This document shows, in pieces, positions 27,218 to 36,782 of a DNA stretch of 64,000 nucleotides. The stretch covers positions 2,118 through 66,117 of the forward strand of contig NZ_JALTON010000016.1 of assembly GCF_027000115.1 (NCBI RefSeq), read 5' to 3'. Numbering within the stretch: the first letter of the stretch is position 1; every line of letters begins with the position of its first letter. The DNA comes from Thiohalobacter sp. GTDB lineage: Bacteria; Pseudomonadota; Gammaproteobacteria; Thiohalobacterales; Thiohalobacteraceae. The notes beneath the pieces were generated by a model that saw only the letters and a list, made by a program, of their open reading frames with translations, had not been told where the DNA came from and made no database searches. A program made the position numbers and the translations under genes.

Positions 27218-28549
27218 TCAGGCTTCGGGGCGGGTTACGCCGTGCGCCTCCAATATGTCCCGCAGTTCCCCCAGCATCGGCGCGTAGCGCTTCCACTTGC
27301 CGATCGAAGCCGCCGACAGCGGTTTCCGTACCTGGGTATCGCTCGGCGTATTGATCTCCCGCTCTGTTTCATGGAAGCGCAGGCAGGCCGGATCGAAGGG
27401 CAGCCCGCAGAAATCCAGCAGGGCGGCGATCTCGCCGTCGGGATCGGCGACCAGCCGTTCGTAGCAGAGCCGGTGAATCCTGCCGGGCAGGACCTGCTCC
27501 CAGTGCGCCATCAGCCGCCGGTAAAGGACATAGACGCGGCCGAGATCGCCCCAGTCGTGGGCATAGGCGTGGCTGTCCGACAGCGGCTGCTGGTAGATGG
27601 ACAGGCAGTTGTCCAGGGGATCGCGGCTGCAGTGAACGATCGGGGCCTGCGGAAACAGGAGCGCGATCAACCCGACCAGGCGGAAATTCATCGGCGTGGT
27701 GTCGGTGAAACAGGCCGCCTCGGCGACATGGGCGGGAAGCTTGTCCAGGTAGCGGGCCGCCAGCGCTTCCAGTCGAGCCTCGCCCAGATGAAGCACGTTT
27801 TCGGCCAGCGGCCTGCCGGTCGACTGTCCCAACTCGCGGACGATTTCCTCCAGGGCGATGATCTCGCCCCCGCCCGCCACCTGCGGATGGCTGGCGAGGA
27901 TCTGCTCGGTGAGCGTGGTGCCGGAGCGCGGCATGCCGACCACAAAGATGGGGCGCCGCCCGGGCACCGCAGTCGGCGCCGCCCGGCCCAGCAACTCCGG
28001 CGTGAAGGCATGGATCAGCCCCTCGATGTGCTGCTCGTAGGCGCCGGCGTCGAACACCGCGCCGGCCTGCCGCGCCAGCCCATGGACCCGGCCCCACCAG
28101 GCCATGGCCTGCTCCGCATTCCCTTTGCGGTCGAAGACCGAAGCCATCGCGAAACCCAGAAACACGCGTTCGTTCGCCGGCACGTCGGAGCGGGCGAACA
28201 GACGCGCCATAACCTCGAGTTCGCGGTCCGAAAAGTCGTGGACGCGCATGTGCGCCAGGTGAAAATAGGCCATGGGCGTGGCCGGGCGCAGCCGGATGAC
28301 CTCATGGAAACACCGGGCCGCCTGCGCAAACCGCCCCCGCCTGCGCAGGACCAGGCCGAGATTCATCAGCGTGGGCACGTGCCCCTTTTCCAGCTTCAGG
28401 ATACGCCGGTAGTCGCGTTCCGCGGCCTCCAGCCTTCCGGCCTGCTGTGCGCCGACCGCCTGCCGGAACCATTTTTCCAGTTTGTCTCGCAACGCAAGCT
28501 CCCCTGCATCGGAATACAACGCGGCGCGGATTTTACCGCGTGCCACCAC
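27218..28549 (-). CDS. TPR repeat-containing sulfotransferase (paralog 4, short TPR region)
   Basis: 443 aa: RPIFVVGMPRSGTTLTEQILASHPQVAGGGEI, VHCSRDPLDNCLSIYQQPL, TPSDTQVRKPLSAASIGKWKRY. Confidence 0.85.
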   Translation of the reverse strand: MVARGKIRAALYSDAGELALRDKLEKWFRQAVGAQQAGRLEAAERDYRRILKLEKGHVPTLMNLGLVLRRRGRFAQAARCFHEVIRLRPATPMAYFHLAHMRVHDFSDRELEVMARLFARSDVPANERVFLGFAMASVFDRKGNAEQAMAWWGRVHGLARQAGAVFDAGAYEQHIEGLIHAFTPELLGRAAPTAVPGRRPIFVVGMPRSGTTLTEQILASHPQVAGGGEIIALEEIVRELGQSTGRPLAENVLHLGEARLEALAARYLDKLPAHVAEAACFTDTTPMNFRLVGLIALLFPQAPIVHCSRDPLDNCLSIYQQPLSDSHAYAHDWGDLGRVYVLYRRLMAHWEQVLPGRIHRLCYERLVADPDGEIAALLDFCGLPFDPACLRFHETEREINTPSDTQVRKPLSAASIGKWKRYAPMLGELRDILEAHGVTRPEA

Positions 28550-28590
28550 TTCAGTAGACTCGGCGATCCCCCGGCATCGCGACCCCGGCC

Positions 28591-29484
28591 ATGAACGACT
28601 CGAATGCAGTCCACGCGCTGCGCGCCAATCCTGCCACCTGGATTTCCATCCTCGCCATGGGCGGGTTGCTGACGGCGCTGAGCCTGGTGCCGGACCCGCT
28701 CGCCCTGGCGCGCGACTATGGCCAGTTCCTCGCCCTCGGGCTGGCCGGGGCCATCGCCGCCAATTCGACCGGGGCGGGCGGCGGCATCGTCTTCATCCCC
28801 GCGTTCACCTCGCTGGGCATCGGCGGCGAAAACGCGCTCGCCACCAGCCTGGCCATCCAGTGCTTCGGCATGACTGCCGGCAGCATCGCCTGGCTGGTGG
28901 CCCTGAAACGCCATGAATACGGGGGCCGCCACGCGGTCTCGCTGGTGCGCAGGCTGTTGCTGATCACCGCGCCCCCGGCGGCAGCGGGCATGCTGCTCGC
29001 GCAGTATCTGGTTCCGGCCCCGCCGCTGGCAGTGGCGACCATCTTCAAGTATTTCTCCATCCTGTTCGGCCTGCTGCTCCTGTACGGCACGCTGCGCAAG
29101 CCGCAGCCGCACCCGCACGCCATCCACCGGCTCCACCGGCGCCATGTCGTGCCCATCGTCGTCTGCGCCCTGGCCGGTGGCATGGTCACGGCCTGGATCT
29201 CGATCGGCGTCGGCGAGTGGCTGGCCCTGCTGCTTTTCTTTCTGGGCTACCCCACGATGATTTCGGTCTGCATCGCCGTGTGCATCTCCGCGCTCACAGT
29301 GTGGGTCGGCATCGGTTATCATGCCGGTACCGATGGCCACATCGTCTGGCCCATCGTGCTCTTCGCCGCGCCGGCGGCCATGGTCGGCGGCAGCGTCGCG
29401 CGTTACCTTGCCCGCCGGCTCGGACCCGTTCGTCTCAAGATCTTCTTCAGTACCTGGATTCTTGCGACCGGCCTCGTGATGTAG
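28591..29484 (+). CDS. TauE/SafE (DUF81) family anion permease, sulfite-exporter-like
   Basis: 297 aa and polytopic. Gly-rich motif NSTGAGGGIVFIPAFTSLGI is typical of the family. Confidence 0.7.
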   Translation: MNDSNAVHALRANPATWISILAMGGLLTALSLVPDPLALARDYGQFLALGLAGAIAANSTGAGGGIVFIPAFTSLGIGGENALATSLAIQCFGMTAGSIAWLVALKRHEYGGRHAVSLVRRLLLITAPPAAAGMLLAQYLVPAPPLAVATIFKYFSILFGLLLLYGTLRKPQPHPHAIHRLHRRHVVPIVVCALAGGMVTAWISIGVGEWLALLLFFLGYPTMISVCIAVCISALTVWVGIGYHAGTDGHIVWPIVLFAAPAAMVGGSVARYLARRLGPVRLKIFFSTWILATGLVM

Positions 29485-29808
29485 GCTCGCGGCATGGGCC
29501 GGGACGCCAACAAATTGGCGTCCTTCAGGCGGCGCGTTCGCGTTGCTTGACAGTCCGTTTCAGCGTATTGCAAGATTGCCGCGGCTACAACAAACCCAGG
29601 TTCCTGGCCGGTGTTCGTCGCGGATCCACCCGCCCCGCGGGCAGACCACGCCACACCGGATCCAGGCAAAGGAAAAACAAGGCCCGACCAAGGCAGAGAA
29701 GCCGCTATCAGGCGCACAGCGATCTGGTAGCAGACGACGATGTCCCTGCTCCGTTGCCAGCGAGAAACGGGCACTGCCGGACGGCCGGGTTTCGGAGGAG
29801 ACAGTTCA

Positions 29809-31230
29809 ATGGACTCTACCTGCCTGAAAAAGGTCGGGCCCCGCGCGCTTGCGCTTGCCATCGCAGCCACCCTTTCGGCGCCCGCTGCCGCGACCAACGG
29901 CTATTTCCTGATCGGCTACGGCTCGAAGAACCGGGCTCTGGGCGGCGCCAGCGTGGCGGTGGGGAACGATTCCCTCTCCATAGCCGCCAACCCCGCCACA
30001 CTGGCCGATCTGCGCATGAACACCATGCGCATCGACGTTTCCGGCGAATTCTTCATACCCCGCCGCGCGTCCACCCACAATGCGGACATCCTCGGCGGCG
30101 AATACAGCGAAACAAGCGGCGCCAACGTCTTCCTGATCCCCGCGATGGGCGGCGCCTACAAGTTCAACCGCAAGATCTCGGTCGGCATGGCGGCCATCGG
30201 CGCGGGCTCCAACACCCGCTTCGACCAGTCGCTGCCGGAGTGCTTTGACGGCGATCCCAACACCAACGGGTCCCGGTTCTACAACTTTTCCTGTAACGGC
30301 GGCCCCACCGCTGGCGTCAATCTCCTGCAGATGCAGATGCTGCCCACGGTCGCCTACCGCCTCAAGAAGACCCAGTTCATCGGCTTCTCGCTGGCCATCG
30401 GCGTGCAGAGCTTCCGGGCCTACGGGCTGGAGTCCATGGGCGCGCCCGGCTCACCGCTCAACTTCACTTCCGACCGGGAACACCTGTCCAACAACGGCAA
30501 TGACTGGTCCTACGGCGCCGGCTTTCGCGTCGGCTGGCTGGGCAAATTCTTCAAGAAGCGGCTCAGCGTGGGCGTGAACTACGCCTCCCGCGTGTACATG
30601 TCCAAGTTCGACAAGTACCGGGGCCTGTTCGCCGAGCAGGGCGATTTCGACATCCCGGCGCACTATGCCATCGGCTTCGCCGTCAAGCCCCGCAAGGATC
30701 TGACCCTGCTGCTGGACATCCAGCGCATCGAGTTCAGCTCCATCGCCTCGGTCGGCAATCCGGGTCCCGATCCGGCCAACCCCAGCGACTTCTTCCCGCC
30801 GGGCTGTGTCGCCTCCAATCCGCCCGATCCGGCGCTCAACAGTTGCGCACTGGGCCGCGACGACGGCATGGGCTTCGGCTGGAAGGACCAGACGGTGTAC
30901 AAGCTGGGCATCCAGTACGAGTACAACCCCAAGCTGACCCTGCGCGCCGGCTACAACTACGGCAAGGCTCCCATCCCGGAGGACCAGATTGCCTTCAACC
31001 TGCTGGCGCCGGCAACGGTGGAGCACCACCTGACTGCGGGCTTCAGCTATCGGCCCAGCCCCAGCATCGAGTGGAGCATGAACTACATGGTGGCGTTCAA
31101 GAACACCATCCGCGGCAAGACGCCCTTCTACCCGGCGGGCATCAGCCAGTTGTCCGACCTGGACTTCCCCAACGCCGCGACCTCCATGTACCAGCACTCG
31201 CTGGGCCTGACCTTCTCTTACAAGCTGTAA
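29809..31230 (+). CDS. outer membrane transport protein, OmpP1/FadL/TodX family
   Basis: Start at the ATG at 29809, preceded by GGAGGAG. Signal peptide ...AIAATLSAPAAA. N-terminal hatch TNGYFLIGYGSKNRALGGASVAVGNDSLSIAANPATLADL with the NPA motif. Beta-strand-rich, ending ...LGLTFSYKL. Confidence 0.8.
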   Translation: MDSTCLKKVGPRALALAIAATLSAPAAATNGYFLIGYGSKNRALGGASVAVGNDSLSIAANPATLADLRMNTMRIDVSGEFFIPRRASTHNADILGGEYSETSGANVFLIPAMGGAYKFNRKISVGMAAIGAGSNTRFDQSLPECFDGDPNTNGSRFYNFSCNGGPTAGVNLLQMQMLPTVAYRLKKTQFIGFSLAIGVQSFRAYGLESMGAPGSPLNFTSDREHLSNNGNDWSYGAGFRVGWLGKFFKKRLSVGVNYASRVYMSKFDKYRGLFAEQGDFDIPAHYAIGFAVKPRKDLTLLLDIQRIEFSSIASVGNPGPDPANPSDFFPPGCVASNPPDPALNSCALGRDDGMGFGWKDQTVYKLGIQYEYNPKLTLRAGYNYGKAPIPEDQIAFNLLAPATVEHHLTAGFSYRPSPSIEWSMNYMVAFKNTIRGKTPFYPAGISQLSDLDFPNAATSMYQHSLGLTFSYKL

Positions 31231-31306
31231 GCCCCATGGTCAGACTGCCGAACCAATCGAATATGGATAGACAGCGACGGGCCTGATCCGTCGCGGGAGC
31301 ATTCTC

Positions 31307-32719
31307 ATGTCGACATCACAGATCAAACATCCCTTGAAACGCTTTCCCCTTGCCGCGCTGGCGCTGGGCCTGGCCATGGCCGAACCGGCCTCGGCCGTGG
31401 AAACGATCAACATCAATCAGATGAACTTCAACGGCCTGTACACCGCCACCGGCACTATCGACCTCACGACCACCGGTTCCGTGTTCACCTCGGTGGATCC
31501 CTTCTTCAACGCCCACTGGACGGCCACCGTGCAGACGGTGTTCACGAGTTCCGGGACCTGGGCCGGCACCTCGCCGCAGGGCGCCTTCAGCTACCAGTTC
31601 ACCCTGAACACGGCCGCCGGTGACGTGGCGGCCGTCGGCACCTACTTCGACTGGAACGGCAACTACGGCATCCCGGTCCTGACCGTTTTCAACTGTGGCA
31701 GCGGCAACCCGGGTGATCAGTGCACCGGCACCAGCCACCCCATGGCAACGCCCCCCTTCCCAGGCCAACAGCCGGGCTTCAACGGGCCGGTAGGCTCGGC
31801 TGGCTCGGACATACGAACCACGGCCACCGTGGGCGGCAACAATGTCGTCATCAACGTGGTGTCATACCTTCAGAGCGTCGACTCAAGCCTGAACCTCGAT
31901 CCCGCCAGCCTCAGCATAACGGCTGGACCCGCCTTGGGCACGGTCACGGTCAACAACGCCACTGGCGAGATCACCTATCAGCCGCCCGCAAACGCAACCG
32001 ACGAGTGCAAAAGCGACCAGCTCAGTTATACGATCAACAATACAGCCGTTAATCCTGTTGTACCGGTCACAGCGAAGATATTTGTCGACATCGGTCCCAG
32101 TGGCGCGCTGTGCGAGAAGAACGGCCTCACCGTCACCCCCGGACCCACCGACACCGATGGCGATGCCCGGGTCACCCTCAGCGAACTCCTGAGCGCGGGT
32201 GTCGGCAGCGACTCGGCCGTAATCACGGCCTGTGTCGGCGGCTGCTTCGACTACAGCGTGACCGGCGTCGCCCCCGGCGGTACCGCCACGCTGGTGCTGG
32301 AACTCGACGAACCCATACCCCCGGTGCCCAAGCTGCGCAAGTGGGACGGCTCGGCCTGGGGCGATTTCGTGGAAAACGCCAGCAACACGGTAGCCTCCGC
32401 GGCCAAGGTGAACGGCGTCTGCCCGACCAGCAAGTACTCGACCGGCCTGCTGCCCGGAAACGAGTGCCTGCAGATCACCATCCAGGACGGCGGACCCAAC
32501 GATACCGACGGCGCGGCCAACGGCACCATCGTGGATCCGCTGGGTGTCGGCAAGGAGCTGATCCCGGCCGCCGACACGCCGCTGGGCAGCACCTTCGGCG
32601 GCGGCGCGGGTTGCGCGCTTGCGAAAGGCCCGGCGCCCTGGACGCAGCATCTGGAATGGCTGCTGCTTGCCCTGACGGGTGCGGCGGCAGGCATGTCCCG
32701 GCGACTGCGTCGACACTGA
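31307..32719 (+). CDS. secreted protein: N-terminal domain paralogous to 18968..19537, central extension, and a different C-terminal anchor (Gly/Cys motif + TM + Arg-rich tail)
   Basis: 470 aa. Signal peptide ...LALGLAMAEPASA. Residues about 30-170 align with the 19-kb paralog at roughly three-quarters identity by eye. C-terminus STFGGGAGCALAKGPAPWTQHLEWLLLALTGAAAGMSRRLRRH. Confidence 0.8.
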   Translation: MSTSQIKHPLKRFPLAALALGLAMAEPASAVETININQMNFNGLYTATGTIDLTTTGSVFTSVDPFFNAHWTATVQTVFTSSGTWAGTSPQGAFSYQFTLNTAAGDVAAVGTYFDWNGNYGIPVLTVFNCGSGNPGDQCTGTSHPMATPPFPGQQPGFNGPVGSAGSDIRTTATVGGNNVVINVVSYLQSVDSSLNLDPASLSITAGPALGTVTVNNATGEITYQPPANATDECKSDQLSYTINNTAVNPVVPVTAKIFVDIGPSGALCEKNGLTVTPGPTDTDGDARVTLSELLSAGVGSDSAVITACVGGCFDYSVTGVAPGGTATLVLELDEPIPPVPKLRKWDGSAWGDFVENASNTVASAAKVNGVCPTSKYSTGLLPGNECLQITIQDGGPNDTDGAANGTIVDPLGVGKELIPAADTPLGSTFGGGAGCALAKGPAPWTQHLEWLLLALTGAAAGMSRRLRRH

Positions 32720-32738
32720 GCGACGAGCCAGCCCCTGG

Positions 32739-32768
32739 AGAGCCCCGCTTCGGCGGGGCTCTTTGTTT
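32739..32768 (+). terminator. Rho-independent terminator
   Basis: agagccccgc-ttcg-gcggggctct stem-loop followed by ttgttt. Confidence 0.65.
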
Positions 32769-32858
32769 GGGGGGATCGGGCTCACGCGCCCTTGAAATTG
32801 CACCCGCCGACGGACTCCCCTAGAATCCGAAGCCGGTTCACGAAAAGGCGACAAACTC

Positions 32859-33422
32859 ATGTCACGGCATTCCATCGCCCTGTTCCTCGCGGTTCTGCTC
32901 GGCATGCGCCCGGTAGTCTCGAACGCGGACCCGGATGCGGCGATCTACCGGCTCAATCCCGGCGACACCCTGCTGATCTCGGTCTGGGGCGAGGAGAACC
33001 TGCAATCGGAAGTGCTGGTGCGCCCGGACGGCGGCATCAGCTTCCCGCTCGCGGGCGAGGTCAAGGCTGCCGGCCGCGCCCTGAGCGACGTCGAGGCGGA
33101 GCTGGCGAAGAAGCTGTCCAGGTACATCCCCGAGCCGCTGGTAACGGTGGCGGCGAAACAGCTCCTCGGCAACAAGGTCTACGTCATCGGCAAGGTCAAC
33201 CGCGCCGGCGAGTTTCCCATCAATCGCCCGACGGACGTGGTGCAGGCGCTGGCCATGGCCGGGGGCATGACGCCCTATGCGGCCACCGGCAAGATCAAGG
33301 TGCTGCGGCGCGAGGGGGGCGCGCTGAAGGCCATTCCCTTCGATTACGGGGAGATCGAGAAGGGAAGAAACCTGGCGCAGAACATCGTGCTGAAGGCCGG
33401 GGACGTGGTGGTGGTTCCGTAA
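32859..33422 (+). CDS. polysaccharide export protein (Wza-like; PEP-CTERM-locus EpsE-type)
   Basis: 187 aa. Signal peptide, then YRLNPGDTLLISVWGEENL...VRPDGGISFPLAGEVKAAG...VYVIGKVNRAGEFP...LKAGDVVVVP (Poly_export + SLBB pattern). Confidence 0.85.
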   Translation: MSRHSIALFLAVLLGMRPVVSNADPDAAIYRLNPGDTLLISVWGEENLQSEVLVRPDGGISFPLAGEVKAAGRALSDVEAELAKKLSRYIPEPLVTVAAKQLLGNKVYVIGKVNRAGEFPINRPTDVVQALAMAGGMTPYAATGKIKVLRREGGALKAIPFDYGEIEKGRNLAQNIVLKAGDVVVVP

Positions 33423-33436
33423 CACCCTCATTGAAA

Positions 33437-33468
33437 CCCCGGATTCCGCTTCGCTGCATCCGAGCTAC
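33437..33468. repeat. REP half-element of the GTAGCCCGGATG family
   Basis: The reverse complement reads gtagctcggatgcagcgaagcggaatccgggg. Compare 52808, 55080 and 48331. Confidence 0.5.
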
Positions 33469-33522
33469 ACGTCTCAGTAAGACCTTGGCGTTCTTCAAAC
33501 ATAACAACAGAAAGGCACACGG

Positions 33523-34815
33523 ATGGACAGATCAGTGACACGGATGCTGGCGCTGGGTGCATCGACCCTGCTCCTCACCCTCCCCCTCGCCGCCCCGGCC
33601 GCGGAGTGGTACGCCGAGCCGTCCCTGAAGGCCACGAGCCGTTACGACGACAACGTGCGCCTGCTGCCCGAGAACGAACAAAGCGCGGCGGAATTCGCCC
33701 TGACCCCGCGGTTGCCCTTCGGGCGCCGAACCGAGCGCTCGGAACTGGAAGGCGTGCTGGATTTCCGGGTACGGCGTTTCAACCGCAGCGACCTGGACAC
33801 CAACGATGCGCGCTTCGACCTGAACGGCTACTACCTCGCCAGCGAGCGGTCACGCCTGACCCTGGACCTGAGCCTGGTGCGCGACACCACCCTGGATACC
33901 GAGCTGGACGATACCGGCGTGGTCTACAGCCGGGTGCGTCGCAACAGCCGCACCCTCAGCCCCGGCCTGACCCATATATTCAACGAGAAGACCCGCGGCA
34001 GCCTGACCCTGGGCCTGACCCGGGTCGACTACGCCGACGAGGCCACGACCGGCCTGCGCGACTACGAGAATCGTTCGGCCACGGCCTCCGTCAACCGCCA
34101 GTGGTCGCAAAAGACCGTGCTGACCGCCAGCCTCGGCTGGTCACGCTACCAGCGGGAGGACGACAGCGTGCGTTCCGACAACACCCAGCTCACCCTGGGC
34201 GCCGAGCACCGATTCACGGAACGCTCGCGGCTGTCGGCCTACGCGGGTACCCGCCGCACGGAAACGCGGGTGAGCACGGGCGCGACCGCCTGCCCGGACG
34301 GCACCGTGTTCGATGCCTTCGGCCTGTTCTTCGGCCTGCCGCCCTGCGTGGACACCGCGACGGGTACGCGCAGCGATTTCGTGACCATCACCCTGTCATC
34401 CACCAGCCGCAGTTCCGGCAGCGTCTTCGGCCTGACCGCCACCCACGAGTTCGAGACGGGCGAGCTGTCGGTGGATGCCAGCCGCAGCATCACGCCCCAG
34501 GCCAGCGGCCAGGGCCTGCTGATCTCGGACCGGCTGGGTTTCAGCGCCACGCACGGCTTCACCGAAACCCTGAGCGGCCGGCTCGGCCTCAACTGGTACC
34601 GGGCCAGCGCGACCGATGACGCCATCGGCGCCGTGGACCGCACCTACATCACCTTCACCTCGGGCCTGCGCTGGCAACCGCGGCGGGACTGGAGTTTTTC
34701 GCTCGCCTACCGCTACAGGAAGCAGGACCGCGAGGCCACGCTGGGCAGCGCCACCGGAAATGTCGTATCCTTGGCGCTGAACTATGCTTGGCCACGCCTG
34801 ACCCGTTCGCGCTGA
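33523..34815 (+). CDS. predicted outer-membrane beta-barrel protein, PEP-CTERM-system-associated type
   Basis: 430 aa. Signal peptide ...LTLPLAAPAAE. Alternating beta-strand pattern throughout. Its position between the export protein and the chain-length determinant matches the canonical exosortase EPS locus, from my memory of the TIGRFAM pepcterm_hypo_1 context. Confidence 0.6.
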   Translation: MDRSVTRMLALGASTLLLTLPLAAPAAEWYAEPSLKATSRYDDNVRLLPENEQSAAEFALTPRLPFGRRTERSELEGVLDFRVRRFNRSDLDTNDARFDLNGYYLASERSRLTLDLSLVRDTTLDTELDDTGVVYSRVRRNSRTLSPGLTHIFNEKTRGSLTLGLTRVDYADEATTGLRDYENRSATASVNRQWSQKTVLTASLGWSRYQREDDSVRSDNTQLTLGAEHRFTERSRLSAYAGTRRTETRVSTGATACPDGTVFDAFGLFFGLPPCVDTATGTRSDFVTITLSSTSRSSGSVFGLTATHEFETGELSVDASRSITPQASGQGLLISDRLGFSATHGFTETLSGRLGLNWYRASATDDAIGAVDRTYITFTSGLRWQPRRDWSFSLAYRYRKQDREATLGSATGNVVSLALNYAWPRLTRSR

Positions 34816-34987
34816 CCCGCGCCACGGGTCCGGTCGCGGCCCGGCACCGGTTGCCTCGGATTGGCGCAACCCATTGAGATAACGAACAAACCCCGACCAA
34901 CGACCGAGGACGTCGGCAGGCCGGGTGTTGGCCGGCCCGATGACGCGGGCCGGCCCGCCGTGCAACGCATCACGAGACCACAGGGAT

Positions 34988-36730
34988 ATGGAAGAGCAAG
35001 TCAAAGACCTTCAGGACTACCTGGACGCCTTCAGGCGCCGGCGGGGCGCCATCCTGGCAACCTTCTCGGCCATCTTCGCCATCGGCCTGCTGGTGGCCCT
35101 GCTGTGGCCCCCGACCTACCGTTCCGCCGCCACCATCCTCATCGAGGAGCAGGAGGTGCCGGCCGAGCTGGTGCAGTCCACGGTCACCAGCTACGCCACC
35201 CAGCGTATCGAGACCATCAAGGCGCGCGTCATGACCCGTGCCAACATGATGAGCCTGATCGAGAAATACGGCCTGTACGAGGACGAGCGCGAGCGCGAGA
35301 CCACCGAGGAGATCCTCGAACGCATGCGCGACGACATCGAGGTGGAGCTGCTCAACGCCGAGGTCATCGACCCGCGCACCGGCCGGCCCATGCCCGCCAC
35401 CATCGCCTTCACCGTGGCCTTCAATGGCGAGGATCCCGCAAAGGTGCAGAAGGTGGCCGGCGAACTGGCGAGCCTGTTCATGAACGAGAACCTCAAGGAG
35501 CGTTCCAGCAAGGCCAGCGAGACGCTCGCCTTCCTCTCCGACGAGGCCGACCGGCTGCGTAACCAGATCGCGGTGCTGGAACAGCAACTCGCCACCTTCA
35601 AGGAACAGAACGTCAACCGGTTGCCGGAGCTGGCGCAGCTCAACAGCCAGCTCATGGACCGCACCGAACGCCAGATCGAGGACATCGACAACCAGATCCG
35701 CACGCTCGAGGACCGGCGCTTCTATCTGAAGGGGCAGCTCGAACAGCTCGACCCCTATACCCCGGACGTGAACATCAGTCCCCAGGCCCGGCTCAAGGCC
35801 CTGCGCACCCAGTACCTGAGCCTGAACGCGCGCTATTCCCCGGACCACCCCGATGTCATCCGCCTCAAACGCGAGATCGAGGGCCTGGAGAAGGAAACCG
35901 GCGCCGGCCCGGACCGGGACGTCCTGCAGTCCGAACTGCGCGCGCTGCAGACCGAGCTCGCCGCCGCGCGGGAGAAATATTCGGCCGAGCACCCGGACGT
36001 GGTGCGGCTGGAGCGCAGCGTCGCCGCCCTCCAGGCCGAACTCGACAAGGCCCCGGCCACGCCAGGGCAGCAGATCGATGCCGACAACCCGGCCTATGTG
36101 TCGCTGGCCGCCCAGTTGCAGGCGACCGAGGCCGACATCGCCGCCCAGCGCGCGCGGCGCGCCGAGCTGGAGGCCAAGCTCCGGGAATACGAACAGCGCC
36201 TGACCGCCACTCCCGAGGTGGAGCGCCAGTACAGCGCCATGCGCCGCGAGCTGGAACAGGCCGTCGCCAAGTACCAGGAGATCAAGGCCAAGGAGATGCA
36301 GGCGCAGGTGGCCCAGCAGCTCGAATCGGAGAGCAAGGGTGAGCGCTTCACGCTCATCGATCCGCCGGCCCTGCCCGAGGAGCCGATCAAGCCCAACCGT
36401 CCGGCCATCATCTTCCTCAGCTTCGTGCTGGCGCTGGGCGCGGGCCTGGGCCTGGCCGCGGTCGGCGAGAGCCTGGACCGCTCCATTCGTGGCGCCAAGG
36501 GCGTGGCGGCGACGCTCGCCGTGGCCCCGCTGGCGGTCATTCCCTATCTCGCCAGCGACGAGGAACAGCGCCAGAAGAAACGCCGCAAGTGGCGCACCCT
36601 GGGCGCGGCCACCGCCGGCGTGTTGGTTCTGGCGCTGCTGGTGCACTTCCTGTTTGCGCCGCTGGACGTCCTCTGGTTCCGCGCGCTGCGCAAGGTGAGC
36701 ATCCTCACCGGGCTCAACCTGGTGGGGTGA
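34988..36730 (+). CDS. polysaccharide chain length determinant protein (Wzz-like, PEP-CTERM locus subfamily)
   Basis: Start at MEEQVKDLQDYLD (34988). N-terminal TM + PPTYRSAATILIE Wzz motif, long coiled-coil region, C-terminal TM helices. Confidence 0.85.
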   Translation: MEEQVKDLQDYLDAFRRRRGAILATFSAIFAIGLLVALLWPPTYRSAATILIEEQEVPAELVQSTVTSYATQRIETIKARVMTRANMMSLIEKYGLYEDERERETTEEILERMRDDIEVELLNAEVIDPRTGRPMPATIAFTVAFNGEDPAKVQKVAGELASLFMNENLKERSSKASETLAFLSDEADRLRNQIAVLEQQLATFKEQNVNRLPELAQLNSQLMDRTERQIEDIDNQIRTLEDRRFYLKGQLEQLDPYTPDVNISPQARLKALRTQYLSLNARYSPDHPDVIRLKREIEGLEKETGAGPDRDVLQSELRALQTELAAAREKYSAEHPDVVRLERSVAALQAELDKAPATPGQQIDADNPAYVSLAAQLQATEADIAAQRARRAELEAKLREYEQRLTATPEVERQYSAMRRELEQAVAKYQEIKAKEMQAQVAQQLESESKGERFTLIDPPALPEEPIKPNRPAIIFLSFVLALGAGLGLAAVGESLDRSIRGAKGVAATLAVAPLAVIPYLASDEEQRQKKRRKWRTLGAATAGVLVLALLVHFLFAPLDVLWFRALRKVSILTGLNLVG

Positions 36731-36782
36731 GGTCCCGCGGCGGGATCCGGCCTCCGGCCTGCATCCCGGCCGCGAAGACCGC

